A DNA stretch of 64,000 nucleotides, taken from Tubulanus polymorphus (taxonomy: Eukaryota > Animalia > Nemertea). The position numbers and the translations under genes are program-made. This document shows positions 40,101 through 53,438 of this stretch, one piece after another. The first letter of the stretch is position 1; the number at the start of each line of letters is the position of its first letter. The stretch lies in NCBI RefSeq assembly GCF_964204645.1, contig NC_134031.1, forward strand, positions 1,798,001 through 1,862,000, written 5' to 3'. The notes under the pieces are model-generated. The model was not told where the DNA came from, ran no database searches, and saw only the letters and a list, made by a program, of their open reading frames with translations.

Positions 40101-43100
40101 TGACCTATCTATAGGTAGACTTCGGTCAGTTTCTTACGCTTGACTCCTATTAGAATGTATGTTCTATTTTTCTGACCACTTCTCCATAAGCCATGTTCAC
40201 ATTTCATTATTAGAATGAACCAAGTGTCCGTTCATGGATATATATGTTAACTAGATCTATTTTGTAATGTAGTTTATACGTCCATGGTCCGTTCAAGGTA
40301 TTGGCTAAATTATAACGGAGTATAGCGATAGTGTGAATGTGGCTAGAGTATCTAGGAATTCTAGTATTCGGACTAACTACTATTGACCATTATTTTGTTG
40401 AATGTGGACATTTACAGTAATCAATGAGTGTTTAATTTACTGTTTTTGAACAGGACAGAGTCTTCGTCTCTGAAGTATGATTTTGCTTTTCGATTCACTG
40501 CTAGTTTTATTTTACATCGATCAATTTTTTTCGAATATTAGCTTGCTTGAATTGAGAAATAGCGCTTGCTACAATAATTAGATATCTGTGCATATCCACG
40601 CATGATATTGTTTATTCAATCACGTAGGCTAATTCATACACGTGTCTCAACCTTTTTCTGTAAATTTTTAGAGAGATTGACTCTTATCGAAGTCTTATCA
40701 AATCACAGGGGCCTGACGCAGAGTTTCTTACCCCAGTATCCTTAGTATCATGTTTACCCCTGTCAGACCCCTGTGATCAAAACTTTGGACCTCAGCTAGG
40801 TCAAGTAATCGTGAACTTTGAATGCGTGCTTGGCTCGGACATCACAAACTAGTAAACAGTACACTATCGTATAGCATAAGCTTCTACCACTGCCTTGTAT
40901 AGTGATAGTAGATTCATATTCATTTATCGAAATATTTCTCTTTATTTCCTTCAAGTATTTAGTTGTTTTTCGTGGTGTGTTTATTGTAGAGTATTCAAGC
41001 CTTCATGTCAGTATTAGGAGAGATTTGTAATGAGAAAGGTTTGGACGTACAGAATTACCAGTGTAGAGGATGCTCTAAACCAATAGGAATGAGTGAGTAT
41101 GGTAGACAAATCAACCAAAATCAGCTTAAATCTTTTTCTATACCCCCGACCTGCTGATTGCTACTACAATGGACTCCGTTTACTGCTGAGTCAGTTACCT
41201 CTGATGATCATGTACCCTGGACAATATATTAGAAATTTTGCTACTCCAATCCACGGTGGTAACGATCCATCCCTGCTCCGACTGGCCCAGTATTTGAGCA
41301 ACTGAGAACGACTTTTACAAATACCGTATTTAATTTATTGTTGGTGTATTATTTTTCAGTTTATGGTTCGTATAGGGTTTGTCGTTACGATGGTTTTTAC
41401 TACTGCACTGAATGTCACAAAAATGACGAATATTACATACCTTCGAGGATAGCGCATAACTGGGATTTCAGGAAATTCAAAGGTGAAAAATTCTCCACAA
41501 AACACTCCAAGTTGCTTAACAGTTGCTTAACGTTAACCATCAGGGGCTACAGTATGACAACTATCCACTGGTTAACTCTAACCAACTCTTTAGCATTTTG
41601 CCCCTGATAGATACCTGTGTTACAATGAAATTGTGCTTACAATGAAATCTGAATTGTCCCTTATGTCGTCTGTCCATTGTATGCTTCAATCTACTTTTGA
41701 GCAGCTTTTGACCTCTTTAATGTTTTAACTGGGTCCTGATGGATAATATCGCGGAAATCATTTTGCGAAGTTTCCGTAATTTGGCGCGTCACGTCGTTTT
41801 CCAGTTTCGAAAGACAGTAAATGTTTCTTACTTCAAATACAAGAAGAACCGATGTTGAATATTGAAGAAATTAATCCGAAACTTTACAGTCACGTCGAAG
41901 AAATGAACGAACTGAAGGTAATCATCAATCAGCGAGTTCCGAATCGACACGGCTTAACGGTCTGAAAACATCGAAAAACGGATTGAAATTTTGGAATTTT
42001 TTTTCAGGCATTACGCGAACAACTGATGTCATTGAAAGCGTATTTATTCACGTGTCAACAATCAGTAGCGGACGAACTGAGGAAAAAAATTTGGCCGAAA
42101 GAATATCTGTATGATAACGCGCACTTGTATTCACTGTGTGTAAGTCTTACTTTCAACTCTACTGTATAATTAATTATCCTTTTTGCGCGTCAAATATGCC
42201 TTTAATTGTTTAGAAATTGATTATGTATTCTCTTGCATAGATGAATGAAAATTAAATTGGTTTACAGTCTAAATTGGTTAAGTCCTTATAGCTGGAATCG
42301 TCATTTATTTGACGACTTATCCAAATAATGACCTAGGCTTCGTAGATTGAGCTAGAAATACAAATTGAGACTGAAAATTAGTGATGACTTATATAATAAT
42401 GAATGGAGTTTGACTGTCATGTCATATTTGTGTCAAATTCACCAAATTTTCACAATTGCTTTGATCTTCATTCGAAATAGGATTTAATACAAGTTCATTC
42501 GGGACAGTTGGCGATTTTACTGAAAAAGATCATCCGTTTCGCCAGTAAACACGTCTACGAATGTCGTCTGTGCAGCCAGAAAGGATTCTATTGCGAAATC
42601 TGTGATATACCGAAAGTGATTTATCCGTTCGAGTTCGATACAACTACAAAGGTCAGAATTAGCGCAAAATACTCGTCTCAAAGTCAGAAACCTTGGTCTC
42701 TAGTTCATTTTCAATTAAATTACTATTCTCTATCTAAAATTACTCCCCATCAGGGCCCAGTTTCACGAAAAGGTTTAACTAAAATGTTTGGTGTAATTGT
42801 TATTGGTTACTTCATGTTTCTAATGAGGACAACAATTCAAACTTAACTATTTAAAGCTTAAACCTTTTCGTGAAACTGGGCCCAGTGGTGAAAGCAACCA
42901 CACCTAATCAAGGTGGCCACTCACCTAGAAAACTCAGGAAATTACGAAAATCTAGAAAAAAAATCAGGGAACGAAAAGCAACAAATTTTACTAAAAACCT
43001 AGAAAACTCAGGGAATTTGGATAATGTTATTGACAATGTATTTCTTTATCAATACTTGATTCAATGAAGAATGATAAAATTGTAACATTTTAAACTTAGA

Positions 43101-43438
43101 AATTTTTCCGATTCACTCAGGGAATTTTGTGTTATCACGTGGAAAAATAGGGAAAACCCACGGGATATGTGAATGAGCTGAAAGTGGCGCCACCCTACTA
43201 ATGGAAAAGTTAGGAATTCTGGTCGACCGTAAATCAGATTTTTGTTTTTCCGCAGTGTACGAGATGTAAATCAGTATTTCACCGCGATTGTAAAGATGAT
43301 TTGAAACCGTGTCCGAAATGTGAACGATGGCGAACGCGACAGAACAGCCTGATTGGAAATACCGTCGTTACGACGCCCGAAATTTCAGACTTTGCTTTTC
43401 GTCCGAATTTCAACGAATCCGAGAACGGTTCAACGTGA
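34192..43438 (+). CDS. PLEKHM1: PLEKHM1-type protein: N-terminal RUN domain, long disordered linker, C-terminal Rubicon-homology Zn-binding domain; no evident PH domains
   Basis: RUN: 'GDSANAVCNVLEAIFLH', 'FWSFLKKFTHKGVVSQLENLSQIETDIGRCR|AWLRLAMNDGLIESY', 'LSHNSSMLNIWTHTPLILAGL'. RH: 'EKGLDVQNYQCRGCSKPIG', 'YYCTECH..DEYYIPSRIAHNWDF', 'HVYECRLCSQKGFYCEIC..PKVIYPFE', 'CTRCKSVFHRDC....PCPKC'. Large linker exons ~37113-38108 and 38320-38835. Confidence 0.9.
34838..35329. mobile_element. PIF/Harbinger-type MITE
   Basis: TAA|GGCCAAATAAAAAAAATTAGTTGTTTATC ... GATAAACAACTAATTTTTTTTATTTGGCC|TAA. Confidence 0.85.
42754..42882. mobile_element. MITE with perfect ~25-bp TIRs and CAG target duplication (Harbinger-like)
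   Basis: CAG|GGCCCAGTTTCACGAAAAGGTTTAA ... TTAAACCTTTTCGTGAAACTGGGCC|CAG. Confidence 0.8.
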
Positions 43439-44201
43439 AATTTCTGTGAGAATATTCAAGGAAAACAAAGATAGTCCAGACAGCTGATTGATTATAAGGG
43501 TTACGTGATATTAAGTTAACTTATTGATTAATGGAAATCTCCAATTTTCTTTTGCGTTCAGAGGGGGAAAAGGGTCTGGGGTAGGAGGTTTTAGTGCGGT
43601 ACAAACCCCTAACCTCAGAGCTGCTATCTGCTTTAGTTTTAGAGGCATTTCTCTAAAGGTTACGAGATTAATGGGAAGTTAAAACTATTTTCAAAAAACA
43701 AGCGTAATAGATATTTTTATGTGTAAAATATGTCATAATTAATCTTTTAATATATGAAGTGGCCAGTTGTCATCAACGAACTAAGCTTATTTTTAGTTGG
43801 TGATTGTACACAGTTCAGTAAGTCTCTTAATGTAACTGATGTACTGTAAGAATGTTGTTATACTCGACTAATAAAAATTCTGAGAATTTTTAGATGAAAT
43901 AAAGGGTACATTTAGTTTACACAACTGTTCTTTTTCTGATTATTCGGTATTCTGATTCTCAAGACTTTGTTCGTTAGTCAGTTTTATTGGTGTATTAGAA
44001 ATCAATGGCCCGAAAATTAATGTCCAGAAGAACCACTTGTGGCAAGTGATGATAGACTGGTTATTTTGACTGGGGACTAGTCTAAATAGGAACGCGGTTT
44101 TCATGGAATATTGAGGGCTCGAACTTGATGCCAAATCAACCACCTGCGGCGCGTGAGGATTTCAATAACAGCTACATCTTCGACGCAACAATCCGGAGAA
44201 A

Positions 44202-45793
44202 ATGGCGGACATGGCGAATTCCGATGAATCTTTTCAGCAGAATTCAGCTGATATTTGCTGCACAAACGGTGTTGATCTGGATAGTTGGGAGGATATCGTT
44301 GATTCAGGGGTGCGTAGGAATACATGAACGACATTTTTGAACTTGAAATACAGTCATTTGATCGTCCTTCCTCTCAAAGAACCAAACATTTCTGGATCTT
44401 TCTTCCGAGACAAAAATCTTCAAAATTATCAATCCAATTATAAAAATTGACCAAAAAGGTGAAACTAAATAGATTGATATAGAGTCCAGTAAGAGCTAAT
44501 AAGCAAATAGATTCAATCAATGGATTTCAATGTAATTTGGGCTACCAAAACTTTTCGCCAACATTCTGTCCTTTACTCCTCCTCGTGACGTGAGTGGAGC
44601 GAGGCTATATATAATGTATCTCATTCAGGAACTCGATAAAAGAATTGAACAATTGAAAGTAAGCAATGAACGCAATTGTAACGATGGTGAAGAAGATGAA
44701 AGTTTTCCACGGTATGTTTGTGTGTTTTATGTGGAACGGAAATTTAGTAAAATACTTATGGGGGTCGGGAATGAGTGGGCAGTCTGTGAACCCAGGCATA
44801 GTAAGCGTAGCAAAAGATATAATCTGGGTGGTAAACTTCATCAGCGTCAAAAATTGTTCATTTCTCCCTATTTACACAATGCTTTAGATGTTGTATGTAG
44901 ATGTTTGTGATGTTACAGCGAACCCGTGATGAAAGGAGCGGCGCCAATTTTACTACAAGAAGAAAATAATCGAACTCCATATCAACCGCAGATAAAGTTA
45001 TTACGTCGAAAATCGGGAGACAACGGACGCAATCAGCAAAATAATGAGTACGTATCGACGACCTTTTTATCGCCCGAAGAATGATTGAATCAAGGCTCGT
45101 GATGAACTGTAGGAAATTGCTGGTTTATATCGATATTGAGTTTGTTAATGAATTCGAGACATTGAAATGAGTCGGGATTTTGAGTTTGATTTCTTAAATG
45201 TTGTTGTTCGTATTTCAGGGCCAAAACGAAACCCGTGAAATCATTAGCCGAACGTCAAGAGGAATACGCAAAAGTGAGGGAAAGAATATTTGGTTCAGAC
45301 AACAGCAGCAGCAGCAGCGGCAGCGGTGGTACTAGCAGCAGTTCCAATACTACAAATACTGATACACCATCGACCAATAAGTAAGCGTATTTAAACCATC
45401 TCAAATGACCCGACTTTAACTTAGTTGATTTCATTTGTATTGTTATATTGCATCCAGGTGAATTTGAATCCGGTTCCACAAATTTGTTGGTTTGATATGA
45501 CTCTGAACCCGGTTCCAACTGTGGATTTAATTTGACTGGACCCAGTTCCACAGTTGTGTGGGTTTATTGTGACTCTAAACCCGGTTCAAAAGTTCGACTC
45601 TTGACCCAGTTCCACGGGCTAACTCTTTATGTCCCAATTCAACAGATGATCGTGTAAAATGTATAAATGTTTATGATTTCGTATTTATTCTAGGCCGCAG
45701 AAATCTGTAGTTGTAAGTGTAAATACGGCCAAGAAAGCTACAGTCAGCGCCAGTACTGGACGTGTACAAATACAAGGAGGAAAGAAGAGATAG
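44202..45793 (+). CDS. SZRD1: SUZ RNA-binding domain-containing protein 1; 5 coding exons
   Basis: 'DLDSWEDIVDSG|ELDKRIEQLK', 'ILLQEENNRTPYQPQIKLLRR', 'KPVKSLAERQEEYAKVRERIFGS'. Exons ~44202-44309, 44629-44711, 44919-45047, 45219-45380, 45694-45793. A long 3' UTR probably extends to ~48170. Confidence 0.9.
45455..45620. repeat. Dispersed ~35-bp tandem unit (ccagttccacagttgtgtgggtttaatttgactctgaac); also ~51270-51480, ~55430-55540, ~39305
   Basis: Recurrent imperfect units seen at four sites. Confidence 0.75.
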
Positions 45794-48700
45794 TAAAACT
45801 AACTCATCACTCACTCGTGTGTGCGATTCGTTGATTTAACTGAACAGACAGGAAGAGAATGTATGACTGAACTATGAAAGCTACAGGCTGTGATGGTTTC
45901 TATGCTGTGTTAAGTCATTACTATTTTTATGAACCCCTGTTTGTAGAGACAAGCGGATAGTGTCGAGCCGTGTCCCGTCGGAGTGAACACAACAGGCACA
46001 CCTTATTGGTGCTATATCGCGTACACCATGTATGGAAGCATCGGGCACACCGTGTATCAGATGACACCGATTTTGGTACTTGTATCAAAGTATCGGGCAC
46101 ACCGTTTGTGTACCGGATGCACTGTGTTCTCTGCGTATCATCAATGTGTGTGGCACACTGTGTATCAGATTGGCCATTGTTGGTAGATGTTTCGGGCGCA
46201 CCATCAGGTGCTTGCGCGTCAAGTACGAGAGAATATTTCGATTACACCGCGACAGTGTGCGCCACGTGTGCTTTGATGAAGATGATGTATGAAGTCAGGA
46301 GTGGCACGGGTCGGTTGCATCGTCATGATTTACCTACAAGAGACGTGACAGTGCGCCCGGATCCACCGCTTTGTTTTAATCGTCTGTGCTAAGAGTATTG
46401 TAGGCTGAAGAATACGTATGACTTGAAATGAGAGATATTGTGGAGGGGTAGAGCTTTGTATTCAAGGGTGAAATGAGATTAGATACTTGATATGTGTTAA
46501 TGTGTACTACTGTTATATGAGCAGCAATGATTATTTCGTATTGAATATTTTAATTAACGCGACTGATGGTTCACGTTTCATATCGCATTCAGGAATAGTC
46601 TTGATTAGATTATCAGGTATCAATAATCATGATGATATGAAACTGTATCCCCGAGCCATGTACTCCGAGTAATTAGAAAAAAGGCCTAAAGTAATGTTAA
46701 TATATGAGATAGACACAGCCTTGATTAATTCCAATTCCAAGTATTAGAAACAGTCACCAATGTTAATATCTTTGGCAATCTTACTTAAATGTACATAAAC
46801 AGAGTTTAATACGAGTTGATCAGATTAATGTGTCCATCACCATGATGGATGATTTTATCTGGGCTCAAAAAGGTTTTACACTTTAATCGAATTTCTTCGT
46901 TAATTCAGTTAAATCGATTTTGGAGTTAGTCCGGTACCGGTCGGGTTGTATATAAGTGCGCCACGAAGCATTTTGAGGCTTTGAACTAGCTGTGGTGGCA
47001 CCTCGAGAGGCCACAGTATTCAGTGGCCGTGTTCGACACCCGACAAGATTTTGAACACGAGAATCAGAACTTTGAACGGATCATCGAACCTTTGATTGAT
47101 CAGTTACATAATTGATTAATGAGATAGCGATCTGTTGAGACCGACTGTTGACCCGTATCAGAAATCAGTACTGTCTCTCTCTCCTGTCTCTCTCTCCCAA
47201 CTCTTAACGTATTGAATTGATTTATTGTCAAATATGAATATGTATATGTATATATGTATGTCTGCTGATTTCATATCAATATTAGCTGTTTAGATAGCCG
47301 TCTGTTTGTTCCTCTGTGCACCTGCTCTCAGTCAGCGACAACTCCGATCTAACCACAACCTACGACGACCGTGTTTTTACGTGTTCGGTCTTTTAGTAGT
47401 AATTTCCTGTGTGCGGTTGATCTGGAAAATCTTGTTCGTTTTAACGAACTGGTGACAAAATAGAAAATCCCTCACCAAGAAAAAAATGGATTCCAAAATA
47501 TTTCCTTGATCTATTCAACTTTGCGATTCAGGAATTCGATATTCTCGCTCTTCGTTCTTATTGTGGGATTTTATACCATTAATGTTACGACATGGACTCA
47601 TTAGTGTTTTAAACGAACTGATTTTCTGGTCCTTTGAAGATTTCGTTGAATATCTGTGGACCATTTAGTTTGGTTCGGCTGTAATTGCAATACTTTGACG
47701 AAAATGGCGAAATCACCAGAGAACGACTCCCCGACTGGTATCGGGTTTTAGCTGTTTTTCTGTTAGATACATTGTGAAGTCCGTTGTAACAAGGTTTTCC
47801 TGGGTTGAAATTGAATCCGTGTCAATTTAACAATAATTTTGTAAATAAATTCGAGAATGATATTGTTTCACTTGGTAACCTTACCCCCCTCCCCCCTAAC
47901 CCCCTCCCTCCCCACCTCCGTGAACAATACACTGAAAACTGTACATCTGAAGGTTTCTTTTATAATGATATTCGGGATTGAAATTGAATATATATATATA
48001 TATTTTTATGTGAAAGGATTTTACCGGATTGGAAGTCAAATGTCTCTCTCTCCTCTCGCCGTGGTTTATTTAAAATGTATTGAGATTTTATACGATTGTA
48101 GTTCGATGAAGTAAACGATCTACTTTGATGATTATATTTTGTGTGCGACTAAATAATAATTAAAAAAGAAAAACATTTTTGTCAAAACAACGATTTTTTG
48201 TGTATTTTCTTTTCGGTTTTGTATAGATCCAACAGTTTTCAAGTGGAAGGTTTGACTGCGAATTGGCCCCCGAGTCCACCGCATCAATGTCCGGCACCTT
48301 AAGACCAACTTTTAACTTATCACCACTTTGTACCACTGAAACTCCTCCGAACTCAATCAGAATTTGAAATTACTGTGAAATCTGGATCATGAATACAAAT
48401 GAGATGACGATGAGTATAGTTCCAGTTTGACGGACGACGCGCGCGTCGCGTCCTGGGTTGCACGGGACCACGCGTACGGGTAACCAGTAACAGCATCACT
48501 GAATTGACGTCAGGGATTGCGACGGATACTTCACAGTTACAACAACATTACCGCCGATACAACTAATAAAAGCGAGAAGTATTGGAAGAATCATCAGGTA
48601 AGAGACCGAACGGTATTTCTTTGGAACGTGAGAATTTTATTTTTTACTATATATTACACGGGAAATTCTCAGCCTTTTTTATGCAGAAAATAATATATTT

Positions 48701-51700
48701 ATTCATTTCCACTAAATATTACAATATATCATTATACATTATAAAAATGAAGTTGAATTAAATATTTCAAAATTAAGCAAAAAAAAAAAATTGAAAATAA
48801 TTTTTGTATGAATAAATATATCCTGTAATATCCTGGGAAAAATATTTCCGAATTTCATAAATTCCCATCGCCGAATTTCATAAATTCCCATCGCGAGTGA
48901 ATTTGTTCATGTTAAAGAGATATTCATAAGATGTTCAATAGTTTCTAAGTAATTCTGTTCAGTATTTTTTGCGCGGCGAAGTGTTTCCCCAGAGGACCGT
49001 TTTAAAATCCTAGTCAATAATTTATAAGATGTACACTTTTCTTTGAAGAACTCTCTTTTTCTCTTTTCCTATATTCCCAAAACACTCTTCGTAGTCATAA
49101 ATGATTAAAGCAATAATTGATACATCGTTTGGACTCAAATCTCATAGGGAAAAAGTGCGCTCTCCTCGCTGTTTCATTGTAAGGTTTTCTCGTACAGACT
49201 ATGGTCTAACAACTCACTATCGCGAACAATAACGTGGCCACTTGTCGTACACGTCAAACTGGTTTGTACCAGAACAATCCAAAACCGACCTATTTGGTCA
49301 TTCTAAAGATTGCGCATCAGTGGTCTGTGGAAAGTTAGTTTGCCGTTTCGACCTGAGGTTAATCTCACAGACTACAGACACATAACGTGATATAAACATG
49401 TTTCAGAAATGACACGACCACAGTTTTGCGTTCGCCTTTTTTTTAAGCTAAAATACTATGTAAGCGTGATAACGAACAGCTGATACGATCACCAATGTCT
49501 GGCAAAAAAGGCAAAAACCTCTTAGAGGACATTTCCGAAATTTCCACATCGACCAAATCCGATTTAACCAACGTTAGAGTTGTTGTTAGAGCTGATGGGT
49601 GGAGATCGGGGGAATTACTTGTTGCGCGTCGAAGAAGTCGGTCGGGATTACGGCCCCTGGGGGTTCTCTCGTCTGTGAGCGACATTAATCTTATCATAAA
49701 TTGACTTTGTCTCATATAAAATTTAAAACCCGAATTTTGCCTCTCGATTTTTCACGTTAGTTCTATAATAAACAAGTGTAATCAGCCGTGATAATTATTC
49801 TTACTCGTTGCACGCGATCAGTCCAGGTATCCACCTATCTCTCGCAGGCGTTCGTGTTTTCTCTAACATCTGATCCTAATTCACTTTCCGCACGATATTC
49901 AACGCCTACCTGAATATAATTTTGTCCAGGGTCGACTTGTCGTGACGATCTCGAGAACGGCGCCTCCACCGTTAGATTATAGTGTTCTGTCACACGAATA
50001 AGAAACATTAAAAATAAAAATAAAAGTCGAATAAAAAAAAAACATTATCAAAAACACTGAACATCGTAAATATCTATAATGACGACGATGAGAGCCCCTT
50101 GAGAAGATGCTTTCACCGCCATTCAACAAATCAATTCCTATTTTTTCAATTTCAATCTTTTATTTGGAATCTGTGTAGAGTGTGGGCACTTGGGAAATTG
50201 TAATCTTTGGAATGTGGGGTTTTCATAATATCAAATCCGACACTCAAGAAGAAACAGTGAAACCTCGCCGGACGCCTTTGTTTTCTTTCTAAGAGTTGGA
50301 TTTTACAACACGGACTCTGAGTGTTTCATCTATGACCCCACAATAGACTTTCATATGATCGAATTTATGATCGAAATAAAACCACGACGTTTCGACTGTT
50401 GTCCAACAGCCATCATCGGGTGCAATCACTAGAAACATTTTCTCTTTTGGTTATTATATTTGGAGAAGACGTTATTTACATACAAATGTTGAAGATTTTT
50501 TAGAACAATCTGGGTTCGATCGTTATTCTCTAATTGGTGGCTTTTGATAATATCATATTGAATGTGTATCAAAGGATTTGTGTACCATGTTTTTTTTTTC
50601 AAATGTTATGAAAACATTCGCTTAAAGTTTCGGCCACTTTAATAATACATGTACTTTTTAATTTTTTTCCTTGCAAATGCATTACGCTCCAATTGTCATA
50701 TGAAAATGACCTGATTTCATCGGAAGTAAAGTAAATTAGAGATAAGTAATATGATATTCTCATCAACACCGCGAGTTCAAAACCAGACGCGCGTAGGAAC
50801 TTCACAGAAAATGGCATTAATCACGAACAAAATCCTTGAAACGAAAATCCCCCGTTGTTTATCGAAGCAAACGAAATAACTGTCGCCCTGATTCGAATTT
50901 TGCCTCTTTTCGTTCGAACGAACGGACATTTTCTATTCAAAGGGCGACCGCGTCTGCCGATCCGGGATCTCGACCGACGATTCTTTTAAACTTCCCTCAT
51001 CAGCAGTCCATACACATGTCTAATTTACACAGACTATTATTATCTGAATAAACATAAACGACGGTTGCAGATCCCTGGAGTTCTGCGCTGCATCTATTAT
51101 AACTAGTTTTGTCGGCGTCCTCTCTCACGCTTCACTCTGTTCGGTGACGTTTTACGGGGGCGGAGAAGAAAAATTTGAATATATATATACATCATCACAT
51201 ATCCTTTGATTTGCATATCGCAAAGTCATTTTTATGATAGCCCTCGACCAGAATTCACACAGCGATGAATCCAATTTCACAGGGTTTCATTTGATTCTGA
51301 AACCAGTTCTACAGTTATGTGGGTTAATTTGACTTTGGATCCAGACTCAGTTCCACGGTTGTGTGGATCCTATTTGACTCTGAACCCAGTTTCACAGTTG
51401 TGTCGATTTAATTCGACTCTGGATAGAGTTCCACGTGGGTTTAATTTCACTGTGGAACCTGAGCCATAGTTGCGTGTTTAAATCGTCACGAAGATTGGGT
51501 TCATATCTTCGTGGCACCTGGACAATTCTTGTATCACGAGTCAACTAATTCTCCTTAAAGGTGTGCTGAAAATTCATAAACAGCTGTTGAGACCATTGTT
51601 ACAAGTAAAATCACGTTTATGAAGTGTTCTTCATGTTGACAACTCCCAACAAGGTGACACTTTGTGGGGAGTGTTCGGATGTTCTTATATTACAGGCTCT

Positions 51701-53438
51701 GTGGGAGCTCATTTTGAGCATATCCATGTTTCTCAATCGCAAATACATACTTTTAAGATATAGACATGCGGATGGGACAACTTATTTTCTTAATTTCAGA
51801 AATTGAGTTCTGTTGTCATCCATTTCGGAGATTTGTTTCTTTATTGAAATTTGTCAATGATTATTATTCATTATTATTCAATTATTCAAATGATTACACC
51901 TAGATTGAAGTAGATTACAACTGGTGTAATCAATGTAGTGTATAGTTCTTCCATGTAGCCTATATACATGAATTGCTACCAAATGCGACCAACCACCTTT
52001 TTCGATTCTATGATGCAGCATTCTGACAGCTTTAACGTATGGAACCAAAATACCGTCGCGCATCGTCTAAAAGGCTAAAATAAATCCAAAAATGGATTTT
52101 TCATTAACACAGGACTTGACGATCCATTAATTCATCGAACTTTAGTTAATGTTAATATGTGTTTCTAAATAAAGTGATAAGCTCGCTCGCAGGTATGAGC
52201 TCAGGATTTTATCGGAGGGACTTTAATGAAACGTTCCATTAATTCATTGATAGAATGACATATGCGCGCATATTTGCAACCACATTTACCCCATACAAAG
52301 TATTCTAACCGTGGAAACAAGGCCACGAACCCCTTTCACGGCTGACCGGGTGCGTTACGTCGTCGAGGAGAAATCTATGATTGCCCGTTTCATTCGTATT
52401 TTGCTTTGGAATAAGACTATTAATATGAAATATGCTCTTTTATTGACAAAGAAAACTATCATAAGTAATTTAAACCCATCTATTTAATGGATTAACATCG
52501 AAATTTATTTATCAAGAATTAAAATCAGAAGACACGACGATTCAGACTCTCGCCCTGCTTAACTCCGCGTCTGAGTGCGGTAGTCGCGCATACCAAGTTC
52601 AAATCCCAGGTTTAAAGATGGTTGCGTTAAGGGAATGTTTTGATATATTCATTATTGTATATCTGCTGCTCAACAAAACTTTCGATCACGAACCATATCT
52701 ATATATGCATGGACCTCTCCGCTCGACAATAAAATACATCTTAATCATAACTATTTCACTCATATCTCGTATAATGTGACGCACTGATCGCAAATCGATA
52801 GATTGATATCTCTGTGAAATTCAATTATGTACACGATATTTCCTCGGTATCTGCTATTCTTAGAAACAACGAGGAGGAAGGCGGAAACGCAGACAGTCAA
52901 AATAGTGACAGTTTCGACCAAGATGAAACCAATTAGTCTTTCAGGCAAGCGACTGCGTGTTTTGTGGGGCCACAAATTCACCGAGTTCAACTGAAACTCT
53001 AAACATGTACCTAAACCATTTAACATTCTTAAGTGTATGAATCTCAAAGCTCTTAAAAATCTGTTCTATCCTTTCATTCGCGAAATTCTCAGCGTTTGTT
53101 GTTAATATAGCCAAAATCATAATAAAGGTCCAGAGAATATTTCTTTTTAAAGGGCTTATATATGTATTTCAGAATAAAAATATCATACCACAATTTGAAA
53201 GAGGTTTGTTTGCTTATTGGTTTTAATAGTGTATCGTATATAAACTTCCTCGAAATATTTTTCGAGAAATTGTTTAGAAGAAAGTTGAATGTTTAATCGT
53301 TGCCGCCCAGGTGTAATGATGCGTCACGAGGGTAGAATTTAGACCGCCGTGTTAGAAGTACCTATCTATACACTCTATCTACCAACTTCGTTCGTTTATT
53401 TTCAGGTGACGAAAACATCGAGAACTTTCATTCTAATC

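Noticed and set aside
34192-43438. Calling the gene PLEKHM2, RUBCN or DEF8
   Set aside because: PLEKHM2 lacks the RH domain and DEF8 lacks RUN; the RUN sequence (DIGRCRAWLRLAMNDGL, W-T-x-T-P-L) matches PLEKHM1.
45970-46392. Cys/His-rich ORFs after SZRD1
   Set aside because: Imperfect 'gggcacaccgtgtatcagat' repeats in the 3' UTR; no coherent domain or splice context.
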